A stretch of 64,000 nt of DNA from Amphiscolops sp. MND2022. Its lineage: Eukaryota. The position numbers and the translations under genes were made by a program. Position 1 is the first letter of the stretch; each line of letters opens with the position of its first letter. The DNA lies in NCBI GenBank assembly GCA_964187785.1, contig OZ076413.1, forward strand, positions 44,022,001 through 44,086,000, written 5' to 3'. A model generated the notes under the pieces. The model saw nothing but the letters and a program-made list of their open reading frames with translations. It had not been told where the DNA came from and did not search any database. Of the stretch, positions 49,994-62,639 are shown one piece after another.

Positions 49994-52740
49994 TTAAAAT
50001 ACATTCATAACACTCCTTCCCGCTTCGAAAGTCTCTAGTTCATAGCCAAAAACAAAGTCGCCCAGGTATGTAGGTGGTTTCCTGTTTCTTGCCGAGCGTC
50101 GCAAGGTGGGAGCAGGAGACTCCGGACTGATTTGAAATTCCTTTACTGGTTCCACAGATTTAGGTGGCTCACACTCGGTTCCGATGCCAGGAACCGATGT
50201 TCCAATGTCTACATTGGTCTCCTTGACTTTGTATTTTCCACCAGGTTGCGAGATCGTTTCTTCATTGTCAATATGCGGCGATCGTCGAGAGAGGTCGCTG
50301 GTAGAAACCGTGTCAACTCGCCCATCGCCAAAGGAGACTCGTGCAAGGAGAGGGGAGATGACTTCGAATATCTGTACAGGCACAACTGGAGCTTGGTGTT
50401 TCACCCTTACAAATTTCCGGAGCTACGCGGGAGTGTCTGCTCTTAGCCAAAGTGCGCTACAGGAGGAACGGATCAGCGGCTCGCTGCGTTTGAAACAAAA
50501 GAATCGACGAGAGCGCCGAAGGTAGAACACATTCCCAGTCAGAGAGTGTGCGGTTTGTGGAGTGTAGCAGGCACTGAACGGCCTTCCACACAATTCCGTT
50601 GAAGCGCTCGTTTTGGCCATTGCGTTGAGGGTGGTAGGGCGTAGCTTCGGAGGTCGCAACTCCATTTTGGCGGCAGAAATTTTGGAATTCCGATGTGACC
50701 AACAGTGTCCCCCGGTCGAAGTAAATGAACCCAGGGGTTCCGAAAATAGCAAAAAGTGGCAAAATACACTTGATGACGCTACTAGACGTGATGTTCCGGA
50801 GAAGGAAGGCGAAGGGAAACTTACTAAACTCATCCACCACTGTGAGAAAGTACTAGTTTTTGCTTCGAGTCATTAGTATAGGGCCAACAATATCGATTGA
50901 TAGTCGCTCCCAAGGTTAGGAGGATCGGAGAAGATCGCTGCCGGGTGGCCACAAAAAGCGCGGTTTCCGTAGTGCGCACGTTTTCCAGCTCTCGATGACC
51001 CTTTTCGCCTCATCTAAAGATATTGTGACTGTGTTTCTTTGAATGTACTTGTACAGTCGGGTCACTCCCGGATGCGCAAGTCTCGTGTTTTACAGCCGGG
51101 CTGTAAGGACGCTAAACGAAACAGGGCGTCAGCTGGCTCGTTCAGACAACCTCTCTGATAGCTCGTTTCGAAGTTGTATTCAGAAAGTTTCAAGCGCCAG
51201 CGAATCAACTTGTCATTTTTTACTCTGGAAGAAATGGGTCCAAATATGAACAGGAGGGCCTTTTGGTCGGTGCGAACTAAGACCCGTGACGTACGTAACA
51301 GGTCTGAGAAACGGCGGAATTCTTCCAAGATAGCCCTAGCTTCCCGTTCAACAACCGAGTACGAGATTTCGCTATGTTTCAGAGTTCTCGAGAAGAAACC
51401 GACAGGTTTGTCGCCCTGAGTGAGTGTCGCTCCGATATCGGTTCCGAATGCGTCGGTATGGAGAACGAGAGGCTCGTTTTCCCAGGGCAGCCAGAGTACG
51501 ACAGAGGCAACTTTTTCCTTGAGACTTGCGATAGCCAGCCGAGAAGCTTGATTGAGTGGAAAAACCAGTTGTTTCTGTGCTGCGAGCAGAGGAGCAACCT
51601 TATTTGAGTAGTCTGCAATCCACTTTGCGTTGTATGCAAATAACCCAAGAGGGCGTTTCAACTGGGAAAATCTATTAGAGTCTTTATTCGGCTCGGATTG
51701 GGGTGTTTAGACCCAGCTCCCACGATGTGACCGAGCATTGGTACTGTCTTACAGCCAAAAACGCATTTACCTTTGTTCAGCGTCAGACCCTCAATCTGGG
51801 CCGCTTTCAGGAAGTTCTTCAGTATTTCTTGGTGTACCTCCTTGGATATGCCTCTGATGATCACATCATCAAGATATGGGTGCGTTCGCTTCAGGTTGTG
51901 CCGGCGCACAAAGGCTCTCATTTCTCGTTGAATCGCGGCTACAGCATTTGTGACCCCTAAGGGAAATCTTGTGAACTCAAAAAGTTGTCCGTTTACTTCG
52001 AACGCGGTGAATGACATGTCCTTGCCATGGAGTGGGATTTGATGATACGCAGACTTCAAATCGATTTTCGAAAAGATGGAGTTCTCGGCTGCTTGATCAA
52101 GCAGGTCTTGCATTTTTGGGAAAAGGAACGCATCCTAGGAGGTATGACAATTAATTGTCTGAGAACAGACGATCATATTCCGTGGTTTGGGTCCGTCCCT
52201 AACTACAAAGGCTTGAGCCCGCCAGGGAGGGAGACGTGGAAACTTGAATTATGCCCTCAGCGAGCATGCGGTTAACTTCGGACATCATGAAGGCGACGTC
52301 TTGCGGTTTGTGGCAATCGGTTTGGCTCTATAAACTGATTTGGAAAGTATGGTCGGAGGGGCAATTTTCATTCCCGGGAATGCCAATTCATTGGGCCGGC
52401 ACAAAAAACGGTCTTTGGTTGGTCACCGCCTAACTCCAGTCTGACAGAGTGATGTTGTCGGAGAACGTCAAGCACGAGAATAACATCCACAAGAAGGTGT
52501 TTTGCGACAGTGAAGACAACTTGGTAGCTTTCAATTTTAGCTTTAACGGTGCCTGACGTAACCAGGGAGTCGCAATTTGCCAAGGCGGTACCTTGCGCTT
52601 CGAGCTGACCTTCAGACCATTTTTGGCAGCTGTTGAGGCGCTGATAAAAGAGCCATGGACCCGGTGTCAATCATTGCTTGGACTTCTTTATTACTTCCGG
52701 CAAATTTGAGGCTGACATTCAGAGTGGCAGGCGGCAAGCC
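49994..52740 (-). pseudogene. pol: Frameshifted pol (protease, RT, RNase H, integrase)
   Basis: MIDTGS; FSKIDLKSAYHQ...TRFPLG...YLDD; LHTDAFG...YSVVERE...RTDQK; VDEFSKFPFA...DRG...YHPQRNGQNERFNG. Confidence 0.9.
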
Positions 52741-52777
52741 AGTACTACACAAAACGGCGGCTGTCTCGGGTTCATCA

Positions 52778-53563
52778 TCAGATGACTGATGTAAGGTTGT
52801 AAGACGACAGCGGTCGATCTACATACGGACGCCCAGTGTCTTGCTTAAGAGCATTTGTGACAAGTGTCCCTTTTGGCTGGGCATTTTGCGCGTGGGTGCT
52901 GTTTTCGACCGCAGAACGACGAGGATTGGTCGAAACTTGTTGGGCAGCGGAGGTACCGGGTCGATCAAGTTGCCGCCGAGTTGTCTGGGAGAACGGCCTG
53001 GTTGCGGCTACAGTTGAAGATTCGCCACTTCTGAAAGATTTGGAAAAGTCACTGGATAGTTCGATAGCACATGCAAAAGATATGCAGCTATCGATATCAG
53101 CTTTGGAGTTTTCCAGTTCCAATAGTCTTGCTCGAATGTCGTCAGACCTGAGCCCCGATAATAAAGCGTCTCGTACTAATTAGACTTTATGTGCTTGGAC
53201 GGTCAATCTGGTGCATTCGCAGTCTTCAACAAGACGTTTCAGCCTTCCAGAAAATTGTACGATGGATTCGTCGTCCTTTGAACTGGCACTGAGCAGTTGA
53301 TGACGGGCAAAGAGCACTCTCGTGGGCTTCAGAAACTGCCTGTCTAGTGTTCTCAGAGCGTCTGCAAACTTTGCAGAACTTGTGAGGAGAGTGAAATAGT
53401 CGGAGCCGACAAATTTACGAAGAAAAACTAATTTTTCAGCATCTTCGGTTGTGCCATGGATACGGAAACTGTCTTGGAAACATTTCATTGACCGTTTTCA
53501 TTTCTCGGGAGAAGGATTGAAAGGGTGAACTTCATGGGAGACAGAAGAGGGAATGCTGCGCAT
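52778..53563 (-). pseudogene. gag: gag with premature stops
   Basis: LFARHQLL...DESIVQFSGRLKRLVEDCEC...VRDALLSGLRSDDIRARLLE; degenerate knuckle region. Confidence 0.8.
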
Positions 53564-53564
53564 A

Positions 53565-53700
53565 GACAATTGCTACGAGGAACTTAAGAAAGTACCGTTG
53601 TAGCAGAATAGACGATAGCTACGAAGAACTTAGGAAAGTACTGTAGTAGCGGAATGGTCGATAGCTACGAGGAACTTCAGAAAGTACCGTAGTAGTTTAA
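53565..53700. repeat. Three ~46-bp tandem repeats between the SGNH ORF and gag
   Basis: gctacga(g/a)gaactt..gaaagtac..t.gtag repeated three times. Confidence 0.8.
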
Positions 53701-53733
53701 ACAAGTCGCTCACCTGAAGACAGCTTACGTGAC

Positions 53734-54300
53734 TTAGCGCGCGCAGGGACAATGACACTGACGGCAGTCGTATGTTGGGGGATGACCTTGTTTGTCAATC
53801 TGAGGGCTAAAAGTTTTCCAAAGCACTCGAATCTTCAAGATGCAGGGAATTCCACTGATGGCCCTAGGCTTTTGGTGGATGTCGTCTCGGGTAGTGTGCT
53901 TTTCGACGCTGTAGATGCTTCGAGATATGCCTCTGTAAAGCCACCCGCGATCGTTGTTGCCTTCTAGGTGTCGATTCACTGCCTTGGTCTGGTCAGGAAC
54001 GTCTAGCCGATGAGGAACCGCAATAACGAAGACTCTGAGTGCAACTTCAGATTCTGCTACGGCAAAGTCAGAGATCTTCCTGGCAACAGTTTGAGTGTTG
54101 TCGGTTGGTAAGTCGTTGCCTCCGAAGAAGAGCACAATCAGATCGTACCGACCTTTCGCAGGTAAGAAGGGTCTCACGTCTCCAACTCGTGCACCCGGTA
54201 GGAAGAAATTATTGAGGTTAGGGAACGTCAGGTTCTTTCCTCGTGAATCAGTAATAATCAGGTTACGAGTGGGCGAGGCCTGGAAGAGGTGGTAACGCAT
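53734..54300 (-). CDS. SGNH/GDSL hydrolase-family protein (transposon-borne)
   Basis: Blocks IITDS, FLPGA, LFFGGND and DDIH are all present in order; Cys-rich C-terminus (CRQCHCPC). Confidence 0.8.
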   Translation of the reverse strand: MRYHLFQASPTRNLIITDSRGKNLTFPNLNNFFLPGARVGDVRPFLPAKGRYDLIVLFFGGNDLPTDNTQTVARKISDFAVAESEVALRVFVIAVPHRLDVPDQTKAVNRHLEGNNDRGWLYRGISRSIYSVEKHTTRDDIHQKPRAISGIPCILKIRVLWKTFSPQIDKQGHPPTYDCRQCHCPCAR

Positions 54301-54364
54301 GAGGATTATCAAATAGAATTGTCGTGGGCGAAAACACTACTTGCAGGAAGTTTCAGTTTGATAG

Positions 54365-54564
54365 NNNNNNNNNNNNNNNNNNNNNNNNNNNNNNNNNNNN
54401 NNNNNNNNNNNNNNNNNNNNNNNNNNNNNNNNNNNNNNNNNNNNNNNNNNNNNNNNNNNNNNNNNNNNNNNNNNNNNNNNNNNNNNNNNNNNNNNNNNNN
54501 NNNNNNNNNNNNNNNNNNNNNNNNNNNNNNNNNNNNNNNNNNNNNNNNNNNNNNNNNNNNNNNN
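54365..54564. other. Assembly gap (200 N)
   Basis: Run of N. Confidence 1.
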
Positions 54565-54967
54565 ACAAGAGTTCAAAAGTTCTAGAACTTTCTATGTTCA
54601 AAACTTGAATATCATTTCACGTTCTGAGCTCAGAATTTTATTGCATTCTGCACAGTCTGCTGTTGGCTGTTCAATAGATTGCGTGTTCAGTAGAGAGATT
54701 TAAAACTCACAACAGTTTGAATAAAGTTTTGTATTCTGTTTTTGATACGAGGTTGATATTTTACGGGTGAAATGTTTATAAAACGTCCTATCAAGCTTCT
54801 TGATACTTCATTTTATCGAGGACTAGTGATAATATTCGACGTTTCATTTTAAGTGGAAAAATCAAAATCTTTCTTGGATTTTTTGTTGGTTTCCGTGTTC
54901 TCAACCATTATTATTTTCTCAAAAAGCAGTATACAATACTTTGATTGGTCTGGAATAGTTGGCGAAG

Positions 54968-57900
54968 ATGCCAGTAGAACCACTTATTCTGGCCATTGAT
55001 GAGATCAGAAGTGCCAGAGACCATGAATACCGGAGGGGTCACAACCCGGACTATTTAGCTGCCGCCCACCATTGCAATCAAGCCATAGAGCTCATCTCAA
55101 AAGCAATCAACAAAACACAACTAGGTTAGTTAGTCAGTTAGTTAATATACCAATTATTCCTCATTTCCTAAAAATCATCCCAAATCGGTGTCACGAAGGA
55201 GTTATTTACAGTCAAATTGTTCCAAAAAAGAATTGTCATATATAAGAATTGTCATATTGTCATATGTGTCGCCTGCAAAACTTAACTCACGTATATTTAG
55301 CTTCGTGCGATATGTATTAGTAGAGAATTTTGGACTGTTTTGGGAATGGCTAAAATGACCCCAGAATGACCCAAAATGACCACAAAAACTCCAAAAATGC
55401 CCGATTTTAAAAGTTTTTAGGCAATTTTTGTCAAATTTCGATAGACTTAGTGAATTAGTAAATTGGAAACGCTCAACAAGAACAACGTAAGCTGTCCAGT
55501 AAACTTTCGTGAAGATATTAAAAGAAATGCCTGAAACGGACACCGAAAACATCAAAAAAAGACAAAATTTTTCAATTTTCAACGATTTCATGCAAAATTG
55601 TCAAATTTTCGACAGACTTCACGGATTAGAACGTTGAAAACGTTCAACAAGGAAAGAATTCGTTGTCCATTGGTCTTTCGTGGAAAGACCAGTGCATTAA
55701 AAAAAACTGCCTCGAATTGGCAACGAAAAGAATAAAAACTCAAAACTTTACCGATTTTCAATTTTTAATGCAGTTTTTTCTCAAATTTTTATTCGACTTC
55801 GTAGATACGATTTTTAGAAAGGGTCACCGAAAAAAATTGTTGTCCAATAGGCTTAGTGAAAAGATGAAAGAAGTTTTTAAATAAAAAAAGTTTCGAATTG
55901 ACACCTAAAACGACAAAATTTCTGAAGTTTTCCAATTTTCAACATTGTTATTCAATTTTTGTAAATTTTTCGATGAAGTTCGTGAAATAAAATGTTTAAA
56001 ATGTTCATTAAAGGAGGATATCATTGTCCAGTAGGCTTCTGTCAAGCAATAAATACAGTTTCCAGACAAAAACGTCACATATTGACACAGAAAATGTCAG
56101 AAAGATCAAAATTTTCAAGTTTTGGTCGTTCTTCACGCAATTTCTGTACAATTTCCGTAGGATTTCATGCTTGAGAAGTCCGAAATATGTCGAAAATGAA
56201 AAAACTACTTATTCAGTTTGCAGTTTTGAAGAAATCATTGAATCGTTCTGCTTCAAAAACACTTCAAGAGAAGACTCCAAATGAGACTCGGAAAATCGAA
56301 ACAATTCAAAGTCTCCACGTTTTCATGCTACTTATGTGTACTTTGAAAAATGTTTTGGGAACAAAATGTAAAAAAAAATGTTCAACAGCGACTAAAATCG
56401 TTATCCAGTAGGCTTTTTCGAAGACATTCATGCAGACTTCTGTAGGTAAACACCTCAAAACGACAGCGAAATGTCGAAAATGCTAAAAAAAATTGCCAGT
56501 TTTTGAACTTTAGGCTGAATTTATGTTTTTTATCTAATGTTTTGTTCAATTTGTTTGCATACAATGTTTTCAAAAAACTCAGCAATGACTGAACCTAGTA
56601 TCCAGTAGACTCTTGTGAAGATTAAACAGCAATGTCTTAACTGAATTGGTCTAAAAACATCTCAGATTGCAAGAAAGTGACAGAAAAGCTCGTTTTTTGA
56701 CAAATCAACCCCTATTTTTGTTCAATCTACTAACTTTTCTGTAGAAGAGTACTTCCATTGACCTGAACATTGAAAGAATCAGGTATTCAAAACGCAGTTC
56801 AAGAAAGAAAGTGAGATAAATCTCACTTTCTTTTTTGAACTGCGTTTTGAATACCTTATTCTTTCAACGTTCAGGTCAATGGAAGTACTCTTCTACAGAA
56901 AAGTTAGTAGATTGAACAAAAATAGGGGTTGATTTGTCAAAAAACGAGCTTTTCTGTCACTTTCTTGCAATCTGAGATGTTTTTAGACCAATTCAGTTAA
57001 GACATTGCTGTTTAATCTTCACAAGAGTCTACTGGATACTAGGTTCAGTCATTGCTGAGGTTTTTGAAAACATTGTATGCAAACAAATTGAACAAAACAA
57101 CAAATAAAAAACAAAAATTCAGCCTAAAGTTCAAAAACTGGCAATTTTTCGGCCTTTTCGACATTTCGCTGTCGTTTTGAGGTGTATACCTACAGAAGTC
57201 TGCATGAATGACTTCGAAAAAGCCTACTGGATAAGGATTTTAATCGCTGTTGAACATTTTTTTACATTCTGTTCCCAAACCATTTTTCAAAGTACACATA
57301 AGTAGCATGAAAACGTGGAGACTTTGAATTGTTTCGATTTTCCGAGTCTCATTTGGAGTCTTCTCTTGAAGTGTTTTTGAAGCAAAACAATTCAATGATT
57401 TCTTCAAAACTGCAAACTGAATAAGTAGTTTTTTCATTTTTGACATATTTCGCCCGAATTTGACAACAAAGGTATCAAAAACTCCATTTTTTGTCCAATT
57501 TTGGACACTTTCCGAATGTTTTGAATGTTTCCTTTAATTAGAAAATCCATTGGTGCATATAATTGAAACGTGTAGCAACCGGTAGTGATTCAAATTGACA
57601 TCGGACAAACTTATTGGCGAAAATTCATGAAACAAGTTCACTCAAAAATGTATTTTTTTTCGAAATCTTTTGTCATATCTTTAGTATTTAGTAACCTCTA
57701 ATTGACATCTCAAGCAACGCAGTACGCCTCACAAGAGAAAATGTTTTGCAGTTTTCCGTATTGGAAGAAACGTCAGAATAGCCGAAAAGTTTGAACACTT
57801 CGCGACGTTTTTATGCAATTTTCCGTGGATTTTCAGTGCTTTTTCGTGGGTTAGAATGGTGTAAACATTCCAAAACAACTTGGTATCCAGTTGCTTTTTA

Positions 57901-60900
57901 GAAAAGACATATGTACTTTTTTTCAAAAAAGGACCTCAAAATGACAACAAAGTTGTCCTAATTGTCAAAAATTTCCACTCTTTAACCACTTTAGGTGACC
58001 TTTTTTGCATAAATATAAAAATTTGGTATGGTATGTATGGTATCCACATAGTTCCAAAACAAACCAATCAGGTACTTGGTACTTCCCGTGTTTGTAAATT
58101 ATGTATTTCATTTCAAATTGGGCTAATATAAATCAAAACTTTCTTTTCCTCGAACTTTGCATTTTCATATTGCAATGGCGTCTCTTGAGCCTCAGCTTTA
58201 TGTCGTTGTCATCAGCTAGTTTATTTGCTTCTAATGATTCCCTTTTTCATTTTTTTGACAATTTTAGTAAATGAATTCTTTTGTTTAGCATTGTGAGAAT
58301 CCATCTGCAGTTCTCATATTTCAAAAGACTGGGTTCTCGTGTTTTTGGTGGTTTAGAAGTCCCTGTCGTTTCTCATAAGCTCTCACACTTAACAGTGTTC
58401 CCTCTTGTTCAGCTACACAACTTGTACACGCCCACATAAATGGGGAAGGAACATTATGATCTGTGTTGCGATTTGTTTTCCAAATACTGCCAAATCTCCA
58501 TTTATACTTGCTCCATTTTTTAACTGACATGTAGTTACTTACTCACATGTATCCTGCAACAGCCGCACAGGATGTCCTATTGAAAATTGTATTTTACAAA
58601 GGAAGACGCGGATTTTTAAAATTATTGCGCTATATCCGAATTTTGACGTTTTATCCGAAGTAATTGCGTTTTACCAAGGAGGAGGTAAACTTTTGATAAA
58701 GCGTCTATAGTTGAAGGCGGAAAACATCCCGGTGCATAGCGGGTGTCTTGTTATACATGCGTTTCAATCCGAAACAATCTGCACATGTAATTAACCGTGG
58801 CAAAAAAGTTTAAAACGTGTCAGAAACGAAGTTGGATTCTTCAGGCTAAAAGTATCTGCGATGGGGCTTTATATTGAGTAAACAGCGTTGCAGAAACACA
58901 TGTGCTAGTTCCATTTCGCAGTTGTTTTCCACAGTGAGTCATTGTTGTCCATTCTAGTCGCGTTTCTAGCGAATGACCGTCATTCTTTTGATTTATTGAA
59001 ATACTTTCTTCAGCTGATGTTTTCGTGGTTTGGTTTTATAAGGCAAGAAATGAACTTTTGTTCGATAGAGAATAACTTTTTCTTGAAGTAGGACTTCGAT
59101 GATGTTATGATCATGAAAGATTACATGAGTCATTTTAATTAGTCTTGCAATAATTTCGTAAATATTTTTTCATGAAAGGTTTTTTCAGCCCGTACAGACC
59201 ACTCAATGTTATCCATCGTTTACCATGTAGCCAGAATCAAGGTATGGAGAACAATCATGGCATCTGAATGAATTGCGTGATGATAAAAACCCTAAAATCA
59301 AAACCTAAATTCAAAAATTCAATATTATTGCTTGTTTAGACACAAACAGAGAAAAACTTCATCGGAAGTGCGAACGACTTTCCAAGAAAGTTGACCAGTT
59401 GAAATCAAATCACGACTCGAGAGAAAGGAAACGGTTAGAAAATAGATGAAGCTATGATTTTGATATTCATTCCGTGTTTGTACAAATTTTGTTTTTTTTT
59501 CTTTCAATCACTTTGCTGAAACTTTTGCTGATTTTGTTGTGAGCAGCCAGCTGAAGAAATATGAACAAGCAGGGAACGGCATAAGTTGGTGCCCCGCTTA
59601 AGGCTCAAAAATAGGCAAAGGACTTCACAGCGTTAAGTATTCTCTTCCCTAGTACCCGAAAAACCCAAAGAGGGAACCTTTGGAATTTTTAAACATTCAA
59701 TTTGTTGCGAAATATCAAAGAAATTAAGGGGGCCCTTTAGAGACATTTAAAAATTTTCAGAAAAAGAACGAAAAATGAGATTACCGAACAGTGTCATAGT
59801 GCCAAAAATGTAAAAGGGTGACCCTTTGAGTTTTTTCAACATCCGTTCGGTTGCAAAAAGTTAACAAAAATGAAGGGGGCACCCTTAGGAGAAATTGAAA
59901 AATTTTCGGAAAAAGTCTCAGTATCGAAAACGAATTGAAAGGGGCTCTTTAGTCTCGTCCGGTTTTATATGTTGCACTAAAAAGAAGGAAAAACTATTAT
60001 GCTTCAGTTCCTTGGGTCAAATGGTACAATTTGGCCACTTGAAATTTTGTAGAACTCTTTTTGCATGATGAAATTCTGTAAATGCCAAAAATCAAAAATC
60101 AGCCAATTGTTATACCTTTTGTAGTTTTTGTTCAATTTCAGAACAAAAATTACCACTGTAATTGTGATCGAAATTTGAGAAACTTTGGCTCATTGGACTA
60201 ATGTTTCAAATGAGGTTGTAAATATTTACTGTAGTTTGAAATTTTTCGTCAGCGAATTTGAGTGTCTTTGGCTTTTTGGTATTCTAGTGTATCAGAAATG
60301 ATTCATCGCAAACAGATGTTGTTTGGAAATTGAGATTGGCATACAAAACCGGAAGGCTGGAAACACCTCATGGATAAAAGTTTTCAGTCCAAGGATAAAA
60401 TGGGTTTTATGCTTGACTAGATTACTAGCTTTGGTTGCATATTTTTTGTTTGTGAGAAGGAACAAGATGTTAAACTTACTAGATGTCTGTTATGAAAACT
60501 AAATCAGCTTGAGGATATTAAAATTTGTCTTCTGAAATAAAAAATCAAACTGTTGTTTCTCGATCAAAGAAAAAGAAACATTGATTTGGAAAAATAATCA
60601 CTTTTTGTCGGAGTTATCTGCCGTGAAATTTATTTTAGATCACAAACCGGTAAGTCTACTATTTACACCATGTGTCGATGAATCATAGTTTCGTCGTTTT
60701 AGATGGGAAGCAATTCGAAACGAGGAGGCAAAAACACGTTTCCATGTTGTGACGCCATATAAGGAAGTTTATGACGAGGAGTGGCTTGAGAGTGAACAAA
60801 CTAGAATCGAGAGTGAAGAAAATGTTGGTTTGAAAGAAGAGCTTCAGAACATTCTAGAAGTTTTGTCCTTGCCGCTAAATCCCAGAAAGTATATTAGCGG

Positions 60901-62168
60901 CAAAAGTAAATCCGCCGAGCCGCTTCTTATTTATGGACCTAAAAATGTGAGTTTGAAGATATAAACGTTTTCTGAAATGTAATGAATATTCATTATTTTT
61001 GAATAGAACCAAGTAAACTCATTCTATTACTAGCCTTCAACTAACACAATTATTGAAATAAAAATATTAATTCCGATTGTTCAAAGTAGGAGGAAAAAAT
61101 CGACACTTGTTCTGATAAATTTGACCAGAACTCACTGTCTATTGGTCACGGTTATTAAAAAAGTTGTTGATTCACCAGCAAAGTATTCATGAATTCGATA
61201 TATTTTTTATCTAAAACTCAAGAATTAGGAAACTAGTCGAAACAAGAGTGTCTTGTTCAAAAACTGTGATACCAAAATTTTTCAATATTTTCGGAGTCTT
61301 CGTGCCACAATTGTTTGCCTAGGTTGGGAAGAGTTATCTAGTGGAGAAAGTGCTGCCCGTGTACTTCCCGGAAGCGGCGTTTGTGAGAATTAAGCCCGAG
61401 GATCTGCAATCACATGGAGACATAGTGTTCGAGTATGCATTCACAGAAGCCCAGAAACGAATCCCTTCTGTGATTGTGTTGGAAGACATGCAACATCCGG
61501 TGAGAAATGAATGAGTCATGTTGAACTTGAAACTTTGCAAACTTTGATAAATTTTAGCCAAATTAGGTTTTGATGTGCCATTTGGACCGCAGTTTGCTAA
61601 AAGTTCTTGTTTTTAATTAAGGCCTACGGTTTTAGAGGGATCAAGTTAATTTCACGCTGAAGTTTTAGTCAAACTGAAACTCTTACTTTTACTGGATAGA
61701 TGTATGAAATGCCCGATGGTGTTGTCGACGTTCTTAGAAAAACTTTTATGATAAAAGTTTGGAAAGAAAGTTCCTGAAACTGAATCCTTTCTTTGTTCCA
61801 ATTTAGCCTCCAACTTCACTAAAAATTGCTTTTGTCTTCAGTTTTTTTCTAGTTCCACATTCAATGGATCATGGGATTTCCTTATAGGGCAATTTATAAA
61901 CCATTTGATTAAAGCCAATTCAAGTTTTATTCCAATCCTAGGTTTACGAGGTGAATGAGAACGTGAACAAACAGCACCATGAGAGACTGGTGAAGAAGAT
62001 GTTGAACCACCCGGACGTGCAGGTATTGGGTGTCACCTCAGCCCCCTGGGCCATGAACCCAGAACTGCTTCTCAGGTTCCCCCACAAACAACTCATAGAC
62101 TATCCCTCCGAGGAAGAGAAGACCGAAGTACTCAAAGTCAAGTTCGAGAAATTCAAACACAATCTCAC
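54968..62168 (+). CDS. Spliced host gene: MIT-domain AAA+ ATPase, VPS4/katanin/spastin clade, 3' incomplete. Exons 54968-55124, 59189-59241, 60639-60649, 60703-60946, 61323-61499, 61942-62168
   Basis: GT-AG boundaries with consistent phases. Walker A GPKN|VGKS is joined across an intron; Walker B-like VIVLED; VLGVTSAPWAMN...LRF. The N-terminus is MIT-like (LAIDEIRSARDHE...DYLAAAHHCNQAIELI). The last three exons are well supported, the two small exons less so. Confidence 0.75.
55430..56620. repeat. Degenerate ~170-195-bp tandem repeat array
   Basis: A t(g/a)tcca(g/a/t)t motif recurs at ~55493, 55664, 55841, 56026, 56402 and 56600 with similar flanks. Confidence 0.6.
56181..57452. repeat. 1.27-kb near-perfect palindrome (foldback)
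   Basis: Arms 56181-56817 and 56820-57452 around gtgagat-aa-atctcac; mirrored ORFs at 56187(+) and 57446(-). Confidence 0.95.
59564..60056 (+). mobile_element. HINE-like copy (3' truncated), intronic
   Basis: AACAAGCAGGGAACGGCATAAGTTGGTGCC start and the same internal units as other copies. Confidence 0.6.
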
Positions 62169-62639
62169 GTAAGTATAGTAATTGGTTGTGAGATCGAAAA
62201 GGGGTATACTTTATCTTCGACAGTGATTTAGTCCTCAAATGAGGACAGCTATTTTTTAGCTATCAATAAAAAAATACGAAACGCAAAAAGAATACAGGAA
62301 AACGAAAATATGTCTTTCTTATTGATAATCTGTTGGAGTATATGAAGTGAATTGTTATTTGGGTCAATATAGTTTTTTCCGTGAGCCACCGGCAAAAAAG
62401 TAACTGGAAAAGTGAAAACTTTCAGAAAATTAGCCTTCTCATAATAACTGAGCAACTAGTAACACAGTAGGCCACCATTGAAAACGCACATAGAAGATTT
62501 TTCAATGAAGCTTCAGCTATGAGTTCGACCGGCATTTGAAAGACCGGGGTGGCTCACTCCAACAAATGACGCCAACTTCCAGCCTAACTAGAGTGCATTG
62601 TAAAGCTTAGGTAAAGGGCTTTCAGGAGACAAACTTTTG

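Larger units (their letters stand above)
49750..54364 (-). mobile_element. Degenerate compact Gypsy element with an upstream SGNH ORF; 5' end lost in the gap
   Basis: gag-PR-RT-RH-IN remnants; PPT GCGGGAAGGAG followed by TGTTATG at 50012; a ~45-bp segment at 49884-49928 recurs at 54319-54363. Confidence 0.8.

Noticed and set aside
54289..54608. ORFs spanning the N run
   Set aside because: Artefacts of the assembly gap.
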